Under the pieces are notes generated by a model. The model was not told where the DNA came from. It worked only from the letters and a program-made list of their open reading frames with translations, and did not search any database. A DNA stretch of 64,000 bases from Octopus bimaculoides (taxonomy: Eukaryota): the NCBI RefSeq assembly GCF_001194135.2, contig NC_068983.1, forward strand, positions 11,579,035 through 11,643,034, written 5' to 3'. Position numbers and translations under genes: made by a program. Every line of letters starts with the position of its first letter. The stretch's first letter is position 1. Positions 53,901 through 64,000 of the stretch are shown here, piece after piece.

Positions 53901-54499
53901 ACTCTGCTGCCATTTCCTTATACCTATTCCTTTTTAGCTTGATAAACAGTAAAGGAATAAGTATAAATTTCAGATGATGTACCTAGTGTAAACTATGAAC
54001 ACTTGAATGGTATAGTGAGATCATATGTAAGCTGAAAGAGAAGATAAACTTCATATATAGTAGATATACAAGAAAAGTATGGGAGAAATAGGCCTTTTTA
54101 ATATGCCCAAAAGGTTCCATAGAAGTAGATAAGAGCTACTGTTACCTATGTGACCTAATTAGCATTGTGGTTGGAGTTCAAGAGCCAGAAATTCAGGTAT
54201 CTGTCACCTCTGCAGGTAACAAAGTGTTTCTCTTGCAGAGCGAAAGGAAGATTGTATGATTCTTGGGCGTAAAATGTGTTGCAGTATGGTAGCAAAATAT
54301 AGGTCCTGAATGTAGAGGATGTGCAAAGGTGAGAAAGAAATAAAGTGAGCTTGCTATACTTGATAAGATTAGAGTAGATGACCAAGAGAATATGAATGAG
54401 TGGAAGGAAAAGCTAGATATAAAAGTAATTAGATGTAGTGTGCAAAAAAAAGGCAATGCTGATCTGGGTATACAATGTCTAAGGAGAATGTTAGCTGCC

Positions 54500-54592
54500 A
54501 AAACCTCGAACTAGATGGAATCTGTTGAAGAGAGAGACCTAGGAAAACTCGAACTAGATGGAATCTGTAGAAGAGAGAGACCTATGAAAACG
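54500..54592 (+). repeat. 43-bp tandem duplication within an RTE C-terminal relic
   Basis: ctcgaactagatggaatctgt(t/a)gaagagagagaccta x2, at 54505 and 54548. Confidence 0.85.
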
Positions 54593-55075
54593 TGAAAAAG
54601 TGGTGAAGACTGATTGCTAGGGGTTGAATTTTATGAATGAAATGAGAAAGGACCAAAGCAACTGGTGATATGATGTTGGATAAGACTTATCCCTATGTCA
54701 AAGCATGGAAAAGCATAAGTTGAGCTGGTAGTGGTGATGGAGGTTGGAATGTATAATATATCTATATTTGGATTTTTCAGCCATTACTCTCCTCTTGAGT
54801 CTCCATTTACTGCCTTCTTTTATTTTTATTACCCTCTCACTTACCCCCATTATTCACAGTACTATGCTGCTTGAATTATGATGGCTGACATTGCACCTGT
54901 CTATATTTAATCCCCGTTTACAATCACTCTCTAACATTGAACATCTCTCACCACAACATCTCTATTAATTAGGTCACCAAAGTAACAAAAGCTATCATCT
55001 ACTTCTATGGAGCATTTTAGATCTTGAAAGAAGCTGTTTCACACATACTCAAGCTGCTGAATGCTCCAATGTATC

Positions 55076-55164
55076 AGACACATGTGATGTCTATGTGTGT
55101 CTATCTGACAAATGTGATGTCTATCTGATACATGTGATGTCTATTTGACACATGTGATGTCTAT
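55076..55164. repeat. 20-bp minisatellite, about 4 units
   Basis: gacacatgtgatgtctat(c/t)t repeated. Confidence 0.85.
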
Positions 55165-55329
55165 GGTGCTGTTATCAAGGAACTGAGTGGACATGAAAAG
55201 CAAAAGAGCAGTAGCTAACAACTCCATATAGTGTATCCAGAGTAAACTATGAGCACACAACTAATGTAGTGGGATTACCAACAGGCTGAAAGAGAAGGTT
55301 TTCGAACAACCAATAGTAAGTGTACATGT

Positions 55330-55880
55330 GAAAAAGATTCTTCCAAATATCCAGATTTCCTAGAAGTAGATGAAAGCTTTTCTTACCTAGGTGACTCAAT
55401 TAACAGGGGAAATGGATGTTCCACTAGAATACTTGCAGAGTGTGAACATCGTGGAAAAAGTTCAGGGTGCAATTACTTCTACTGGTAATATATGGTTTCT
55501 CTGTCAGACTCATGGACAAGATTGTATGACACTTGGGTATGAAGTGTGATGCTGTATAACAGCAGGATGTGGTCCTTAAAGGTATGAAGCAATCATGCAC
55601 TATAAGGTGTGTAATGTTACTGTGAGTTATAGAGCACAAATGAGCTGAAGAAAAAGCTGTGTGCAGATATAGGCATATGATGTATAAAGGAAAAAGGAAG
55701 TTAAACACTTGAAATAGATCTGAGGGAGATGGAAACCGAAGAAAACAGAGCAAAATGTTGAAGACTGAACTTCAAGAAAATGACAAAAGATTACCATAAG
55801 TGGTGACACATGGTGCTGGAGAAGAACTATCAACTCATTCAAGCATGACAGAATAGATGTTGAGATGGTGATATTGATGA
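55330..55880 (+). mobile_element. Degenerate RTE-clade post-RT fragment
   Basis: FSYLGDSINRG.GCS and later GRLYD-like and MLY.S..W-like motifs. Confidence 0.6.
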
Positions 55881-57219
55881 AGAGTGGGATGTATATCTAT
55901 ATTTAGGTACTTCCCTCAGTGTGTCCAGCAAGTTACCCTCTACTCTCCCCCTAACTTTGTTACCTTCCCATCTAGCACTCATTGTTATTTTCTACCAGTG
56001 CATCAAACGATGGTATTGAATCTTTTTGTATCTATTTCCTCCAAACATCATCTTTATCACTATCTCTCCTACATTATGTTGCCTACGTAACAAGAGATGG
56101 CTTTGGAGTCATCTATCTAATTCCCTTAATTGTCAATTTTCTTTAGTGCCAGCCTCACACTTTTCTCTCTTTCATTACTCACTTTCTTATCACTCATTAT
56201 TGGCATCTATCACACACATTCTGTCCCTCTCTCTCTCTCCCTCTCTCTCTCTCTCACCAGCGCCCATTATTACTGCTTTTCCATGACTGGTTCTTTCCTT
56301 CAGTACCATTCATCTTTATTGCTACTAATCGTTCTCACATCACTCTCCCTTCTACCACTCATCGTTGTCATATATCATTTCATCCCATCATTCTCTTTCA
56401 CTTCTATTGCTACTTCTCCCATCCCTCAGTCTCCTTCCTATCATTCTCATCTTCCATCATGCTGCTTATGGTATTTTGCTATCCAATCTCTTTACCAACA
56501 ACTGACATGTAGCTGCCTAATCCTGTCTCTTTTCTATTATACTCATCAGCATGACCTTGCCCCTGACCTCATCCCATCTCACTCTCTCTCTCTCTCACTC
56601 AAGTTATCTATCTCTTCTTTTACCTTCTTGCTCTGGTTCTTGCTCTATCGTACTCTCCTTTGTCTTTACACTCTTAGATAACAAAGTAGGGAGAACTCTG
56701 TTGTCTTGTTGAAAGCAAGACAACCTCACTAGTATTGATGATACAATAAAATTCCACTAGTAAACTCAGTGAAATGATTGTCATTAGGAAATCATCTAAG
56801 AAATTGCACAAGTGAAATGTGGTCCCCAATATGTCTATGAGAACTCCAAATAAGAATTAATTTAGAAAATGATTACCCATCCAACCCATGTTGGTATAGA
56901 AAGCAAGAAGATGAGGATGATGATGATGATGTACCAAATTCAATACAGCTTTTTACATCATCAAATCACTGCAAAGTAAAGGATGCAGCATAATACCAAA
57001 GTTGGCAATACGAAATTATTGTATATCTGTGAAAAAAACAAAAACTTATTGGTTTTCTTCAAAATGTTTGAACAACTACTTCCATATCATAGGTGTGTAC
57101 AAAGGAAGAGCTCAATAGATCATCAGAAAAGTCTCAAGCTAATGACCCAATTAATGAAAAGTGACAGAAAATATTTTAGCAAAGTTAATACAGTATAAAG
57201 TGAGTTTAGATTTGATGTA

Positions 57220-57360
57220 GTGTGTAGGAAGGGCATCTATCCATAGAACCCATGCCAAAGCAGATATCAGAGCCGGATGCATTCCTCTGGTTAGTCAGCT
57301 CCTGTTTAATTGTCCAACCCATGCCAGCATAGAAAATGGACATTAACTGATGATGATGTA
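57220..57360 (+). mobile_element. Short RTE-LINE 3' tail fragment
   Basis: aggaagggcatc...gtccaacccatgccagcatagaaaatggacatt...gatgatgatg. Confidence 0.65.
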
Positions 57361-59793
57361 GGAAGTCTTTGGATTAGAGATATTTTGTTTCTGGTGAAAG
57401 AGGTGCAAGAAAATTATTTGGCAGAGAACAGATATCTTGCTTGAATTAGTTGACACAGAGAAAGATTTTGAAAGGGTTTCTGTATCTGAAGTTTGTGGGG
57501 CCATAACAAGTACTGAAATAACTTGGGAAAGCCATTTAGGCATTGTAAGATGACGGATGGATAGTCAAGAATGTTAAGTGATTTTAGTGTTTAGAAGGAA
57601 AGTCACTAAACACCGTCCATGAGAATAACAAAATGATTTAGACTAAACACTTAGTGGGGCTTCTGAATAACAGCTAATAGATTCTCGTTGTAGAATCTAT
57701 TGTAGAATTTGTTGAAATTAGATGAAAAATGAGTAGCTAGCAACATAAGCAAATTTAAATTGACTATTTAATGGATTGCACAAATTAAAAGAAACAAAAA
57801 TATAGCATAACAGCTTTAAGAAGCTGCAAGTAAAATATATATTAGTGTAAAGGAAATAAACATGTCCAGTAATAAAAGTCAAAGTATAGGATGACAAAAA
57901 GAAAGAAGCAATGTAATATGCTGAATTCAACATATGCAGACTAATAATTCGCTGGATATGTTTCATGTACCATAACAAGAAGTAAAGGATGAGTATTGAG
58001 CTTAGAAGGAGAAAAAGAATCTTAACTCATTAATCTCAATTTTAAGATGTTGCTTCATATAATGTATCCTAATGCAAATTATGAATGTTTCTCTACATAT
58101 TGTCTGATTTTTTGAACAATACTGCATTATATACAATTAGTTTTGTAATGTCAACTTTAAATAAAATCAGTATGATAGAGGTAATCTAATGTAACCATTT
58201 GATGCTACAAATTGCTTCTAATTTATTTCTAAGAATATAAAAGTTCTATAACATTAAATTAAAATTCTTGACATTTCAATCAATTTTCAATTTTTCATTT
58301 TTTATAGATTTGTGTAAGGTTTTAGAGTAATATTTTCTTCCAATTTAGTCTTTATAAGATTCTGGATGATTAAAAATTCCTAAAGCTAAATGATTGGACA
58401 CTTGGGAGAAAGCAGGGTTAGAAAAATTGCTGTTTGTTTTTTATCTTTGTAGGGGTACACACAGCTACCTATTTCTATATATAAACAGTAAAGTTTATTG
58501 TTTATAGGCAAATTTATTTTTGTTACTTTGACTGAAAGTTGTGCCAGCAAGGGCTCCTGTCTTCTGTATTTTGTGTGAATGAAACTGAAATATATGATTA
58601 ATATTTTAGTCTTTTGTGTGTTAAAGATAAAAACATTAATTATGAATGTAGTGCATGGTATAAGGCTGTGTTTTGTCAACAATGACTGATTTATGATTAA
58701 GTTGACCTGGTCAACTTTAAGTATGCCTACAGCAGAGTAGCAGCTGATCAAAATATTAGTCAAGTTGAACTCCAGCTCTTGCCAGTCAGTATTGTTTTGT
58801 GAATATACAATCCTGATATTCAGGGTTTAAAAATATAAGATATTTGGTTACTTTTCTGAGCAGATCAAGCAAATATACACATAGACTTGCTGCAGTGGAT
58901 TTATTTCATAGAAATATTTTTATGAAACGAAGATTTTACTTTGTCTACACAGTATTAGGGTTGACTATATATATATCTATATGCAGTTGATGGTTGAGAT
59001 TGTGTTATTTATTAACATACTATGTATATTTTATGTATGTGAGAGCGTTTCAATATCTGGATAAGAATCTGGAAGAAGGTAAGATAAGACATATACTTGT
59101 TGGACATATTTTGGAAATCTTAGACAGAGCAAACTCATTATGGACAACTTATTACTACATACAAATACATGTAATGTACTTGAATTATCAAATGTTCATA
59201 ATCAATAACAATCATGTAATTCTATCAGTTTCTAGAACTGCTTTCCTAGCTAAACTTAAATTCTAAAGGAAAAAATATAGAAAAATCTTTAGCTGAATTA
59301 AATTATACAATCTTAATTTTTAGATTAAGAAATAAATGTCCCACTGGTTAATGTTAGCTGTTTCTTATAATAAATTCTAGATACAATTACTTTCAAACTG
59401 GTAATTAGCAAAACCATTAATCTTATATCTGGAGAATCTTAAATTAAATTACTAAGATCTTTATTAACTACACAACAATGTTTTGGCATTTCTTTTTTAT
59501 GTAAAAGCATTTAGTTTTAATTATCATATATTGGTGGTCCACCATGGTTACAGTTGAATGGCTAAAACTGGTATAATTGTAAAAGAATATATCTAACCTT
59601 CTGTTAGCAATTCTTCCAACAGTTTTAAATATACTTTAAACAAAAGGCATTTACGTACACATGCACACGCACATATACACAAACAAAAGCAGATACATTT
59701 TATGTTGAATAAACCGAATACACAAACTGTTTTCAGACAAAAATCAGTAAAAAAAATAAAAATAATAATAAAGTAGATAGTAGTACTACTAAC

Positions 59794-60761
59794 CTTTTTC
59801 ACTAACACTTTCACTTTCCATATCAGGCTCTTCACAACTAGAACATTCTGGAGTTGATCGGATTTCGTCATCAGAACTACTAATCGACTGCTGTCTTTGT
59901 TTTTTACCTTTCTTATGTTTATGCGGCTTAGGTGGAGGTGGCCTGACGCAGTCAGACGGGTCAGAACTCAGAGAATCATTGCGTAACATACTTTCAACTT
60001 TGCGGCGGTTAGTTCTAGAACTTTTATTTGCAGCTGAATTAGGATCCAAATGTTGTTTTCTATCAAAATATCTATCAGTTTCACCTCTATGTTCAATCTC
60101 TGACGCTTCTCTATCATGGTGCCCTGTACTTACTACCTGAATTGATGATTGATCGGTGATATATGAGCTGTATTTATCTCCCTTCGAACCCCGAGTCCGT
60201 TCACGATCACGACTCGGGGATCGACTATCTTTTGAATCTGTAATATGGTCTTTTCGCTCTCTTGGGTGCTGCTCCCTTGGTAATTCTCTTTGTAATTCTC
60301 CACGATGATCTCTAGAATGTGCTGGATGTTCCCTAATATGATCTCTTTTATTCAATGAATCTCTGTGGCCTCTAACAGCTTCTTGGGGATGATCTTTATT
60401 TTGATCGGCACGTTGATGATCTCTCTGGTGACGTGTAGCATTTCGTCGTCCATGATGGCCACTAGAAGAATCAACATTTTTCCACTGTTCTTCTTCATAA
60501 CCATCTTTTTGGCGGGGCTCTCTAGTTGGCCTTGTATCTGACTCATGATAATCTTGATTATTTAAAACAGGGTCCTGGTAATGTTCGGATTCCAAATTAA
60601 TTCTACCTCGACGGCGATCCCCCTCACGGTGTCTGTCTGCCATCCAGTCCTCATGTGGCTCTGCTGTACGGTCAACCCTCTCATTGCGGTCAGCAACTCG
60701 TTCTGATCTGTCGGCTCGGTCAGTGCGATGACTTCGGGATGAAAGAGACTCTTTTGAACCT
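59794..60761 (-). CDS. RIMS: RIM (regulating synaptic membrane exocytosis / unc-10) internal exon: long R/D/E/H-rich linker ending in the conserved pre-PDZ block
   Basis: Open frame ends ...RRKVESMLRNDSLSSDPSDCVRPPPPKPHKHKKGKKQRQQSISSSDDEIRSTPECSSCEEPDMESESVSEKG. This matches the vertebrate RIMS1/2 block as I recall it (MLRNDSLSSDQSESVRPPPPKPH...STPEYTSC...ESESVSEKG). Acceptor ttcttccttttttccag|A (phase 2); donor AAAAAG|gttagt (phase 1); 968 nt. Confidence 0.93.
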
Positions 60762-61068
60762 CTGGAAAAAAGGAAGAAATTTATCAAATATAGTATAATA
60801 CAACCAGAAATAGCTTTTACAGTTTATATCAAGTTTTTACATATTGTCATATGAGGAAATATTCTGCAGATGCATATAATTTGTATTGAAGAATGCAAGA
60901 AATTTTTTACAGTTAAAAGCTTTTCAAGAGCTAATCCCACAACTATAAAATAGAAAAAGGTATCTATTTTCATGTTGACAGATTGAATCAAGCAGAGTAA
61001 CAAAGTCTATCCAAAGTCTGAATTTATGGTGAATAGTCTTCAGTTCTTTTACTTCCTAATAATCATAT

Positions 61069-61452
61069 TGTGGAGGCGCAATGGCCCAGTGGTTAGGGTA
61101 GCGGACTCACGGTCATAGGATCATGGTTTTGATTCCTAGACCGGGCGTTGTGAGTGTTTATTGAGTGAAAACACCTAAAGCTCCATGAGGCTCCAGCAGC
61201 GGGTGGTGGCGACCCCTGCTGTACTCTTTCACCACAACTTTCTCTCACTCTTACTGCCTTTTTCTGTTGTGCCTGTATTTCAAAGGGCCAGCCTTGTCAC
61301 ACTCTGTGTCACGCTCAATCTCCCCAAGAACTACGTTAAGGGTACACGTGTCTGTGGAGTTCTCAACCACTTACGTGTTAATTTCACGAGCAGGCCGCTC
61401 TGTTAATCGGATCAGCTGGAACCCTCGTCGTTGTAACCAACGGAGTGCCACG
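61069..61452 (+). mobile_element. tRNA-derived SINE, family B (long form), with 11-bp TSD
   Basis: Head tggaggcgcaatggcccagtggttagggtagcggactcac...gattcc. aataatcatat flanks at 61058-61068 and 61453-61463. Confidence 0.85.
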
Positions 61453-62199
61453 AATAATCATATCTCTACATAATGTTTTGGGGTGGGGGGAGCAGCAAGA
61501 ATCTACAAAAATGCCTTGTGGCATTTCTTCTGGTTCTTTGTACTCTGAGTTAAAAATTCTTTGCTTTTCATCTCTCTTTATCTTTCATCTCTCTGGGGTT
61601 GATAAAACAGAGTACCTGTCAAGCACTGTGGTAACTGATTCACACACCCCCTCAAAATTGCAAGTCTTGAGCCTAAATTAGAAACTATTTTTAGTTTGCT
61701 GTTGCTTTGCTTGCATGAATTAATCATTTGAAATAGTTCATTAGAACAAATGAATGAAATATATAAATTTAAATATTATTTATGCTATAAAACTTTTTAT
61801 TTATTTGTCTGAGAAGTAGTATTACCCACAACCTTACAAGATTCTTCTGGATTAGTGTTTTATGAATAATTGAAATGAGTTAATGTGATAGCTGATAAAA
61901 AATAAAAAAAATAAGTGGAAAGTGAGATTCAGACAAAACATAAGATTCAGAAAAAAACATAAGTTGACATGTTTAGTATTAAAAACCTTGAAAGTGATAT
62001 AAAAAGGAGTTGCCAAAGGGCAGAGCACATGGTCTTATAATAGTGACAAAAGAAACAGAAAAGGGACAGAGTTTAACAATAGCTTAGAAATTTTAAAGAT
62101 GTTAGTGAAGGAAAGTTTCCTTATTAGATATATTATTATTTCCCAAATGAGGTTTGCAATGTGGATGGATTTAATTACCTGACCAAATTTGCCACCCAT

Positions 62200-63330
62200 A
62201 ATGATCCGACTGATAGCATGTTTGAGACAGCTGATGCATGTAGATCTGTGTTGGGGTTTCTATAGAAATATATCATTAATGAAATCTTGCTTACAATTCC
62301 AGTAACATCCTGCAAATAGCAGACATCTCTCTCTCTCTGATGACTGTCATATAATCTTTGGCCAGTTGATTTTTGAAAAGTGTTTAAGTAGTAAAACCAT
62401 ACAATAGCACTGACTACAATGATATTGGCATGGCTGAAGTATCTCTTCTAGTGGCAATAACTTCCAGATGAAACTGAGGCTGTGGTCCCTAATTACACAA
62501 AAGAGTCTACAGATTTTAGAGGGTTTTGCTTGATTATGCTTATGAGCCCTTCTGAGTCTAACAGATATATTCAGTTTTTGAGATACTGACACAATGCCTA
62601 ATATCTTCTGCTTCATTTTCAAGGTAAGTTGAAAGGAACATCTGAGATGGTATCCATGGAAGGAGTTTTTGCTGTTTACAATTAAATAACAGTTTGATGT
62701 AGATTTTGCTGCTATCCCTCAATGATTTTTAGTCATGCTTAAATTACCACAATTTTTGAATAGAAGAATACAACCTTTATTCCACTTGTCAACTAGTTTT
62801 AACTGTACACTGCATTGCAAAATTGAAGGAAGATATCACTGAATGCCTTTCTCTTACACTGGATGCCTTTCTCTTACGCTGGATGCCTACTCTTACACTG
62901 GATGCCCTTCTCTAACACTGTATGCCCTTCTCTTGCACTGAATGCCCTTCTAGTAGTATATTATCAAGCCCAGCTGCCTTCTAATTTTAATCATTTTAAG
63001 TAAGTCTTTGAGTTCATCTAATGTGAAATTACCAACTTTGATGTCAAAATCTTGTTTAATAGCAGTTTCCAAAAGTTTATCTAAAACTGAGAATGTCCTG
63101 GAAATGTTCATTCTATTTGCATAGTTGTTCCAGCAAGCTTGTGGCTTTTACAACTTGTTCATACATTCCTTGCCACTAATTCCATGGGCAGTTTGCCATA
63201 TTTAATAACAGTTGCATGAACATTTCTGTCATTTAATTTCATAAGTGTAAGATCTTGCAAAGTATTTTTGAATTTAGTGATATTTAATCTGGAAGATATG
63301 ATTAACTTTAAGTGGGTGTCACTCTTCAAT
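62200..63330 (-). mobile_element. Degenerate RTE-like LINE RT relic
   Basis: FTLDELK.LLK.IK.R.AAGLDNI; LQFCNAVY; DKWNKGCILLF.N.GNL; a late VTGI...D segment resembling AGVLQGD. Confidence 0.6.
62839..62952. repeat. 20-bp minisatellite, about 6 units, inside the LINE relic
   Basis: actggatgccyttctcttac repeated. Confidence 0.85.
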
Positions 63331-63608
63331 TGATTGCACTTGTCAATAATTACGTAAGGCTCACTTGGGACTTTATGCTTAATTTTAGCCCATACGGGAA
63401 GGCATTCTTCTGCTGCATGTTGAAAGGATACAAAATTGTCATATATTGTTCTCAGTTTGAAACCAGTATTTCACTGAGATATATTGTTGACAAATCTTTT
63501 CAGTAAGTGTAGATTAGTTATATGGAGAACATTTTGAGATTTTCTGTTTTGCAGGCTGAATTCTAGCAGTTAATATAAAATATACAATGATCAAAATACC
63601 TTCCAATA

Positions 63609-63740
63609 GTGGAGGCACATAACTTAGCAGTTAAGGTGTTAGACTCCTGGTTGTAAGATAGTGGTTTCAATTCCTGGATCAGGCAATGCATTGTGTTCTT
63701 GAGCAGTTTCATGTCGCTCAAGTCCATGCAGCTGATAAAA
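63609..63740 (+). mobile_element. SINE family B head fragment
   Basis: gtggaggcacataacttagcagttaaggtg...ggtttcaattcctggatcagg...ttgtgttcttgagca. Confidence 0.65.
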
Positions 63741-64000
63741 GATTTTTTTATTATAAAGAATAATCAATTAAATCACTTTTTTTTGCTATTCTCCATACCT
63801 AAGAGCACATTATGTATTGTATTCTTTCATTTTTTTTTTAAATAGTAGGTTGTGATTTGAGGAAGAGTTGACTGCTGTTTCAAGCCAATCAAATTTCCAT
63901 GCAAAGAATTTCTTAGCTAGAATTCTAATCTTCATAGATATCACTCCTATCTGTCTGTCTGTCTATCATCCATCTACTTATCAAGTTGTTCACTCAAATG

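Noticed and set aside
56026-56681. 183-aa and 86-aa L/S-rich plus-strand ORFs
   Set aside because: CT-rich low-complexity DNA lacks stops by composition; no domain motifs.
62295-62309. Apparent 15-nt microexon tttgcag|GATGTTACTGGAATT|gtaagc, in frame with the 968-nt exon
   Set aside because: It lies in the RT relic, where VTGI...D corresponds to the AGVLQGD motif, so the splice-like signals are probably coincidental. Junction reads would be needed to revive it.

Overview
AT-rich (roughly 30% GC by eye), repeat-dense metazoan scaffold with five N-gaps. The SINE/RTE repeats look like those I recall from octopus genomes, so the source is probably a cephalopod (inference). The window lies inside one large minus-strand gene, the presynaptic active-zone scaffold RIM (RIMS/unc-10). 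Four exons are supported: the long pre-PDZ linker exon (59794-60761), two frame-equivalent alternative exons (40086-40165 and 38379-38701) and the first PDZ exon (25738-25849). Reading-frame logic makes the two alternative exons mutually exclusive, and they appear to mirror an alternative pair recalled from vertebrate RIMS1/2. A candidate 63-nt cassette exon (1467-1529) and an in-frame alternative donor would alter the PDZ ligand-binding loop. I found no zinc-finger, further PDZ or C2 exons, so these probably lie outside the window. Introns hold tRNA-derived SINEs, RTE LINE ends and relics, a HERO/R2-like relic, a pogo relic, MITE-like elements, mini/microsatellites and assembly artefacts, including an Illumina adapter remnant. 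No prokaryotic-type system or CRISPR array was seen; most ORF-track entries are spurious.
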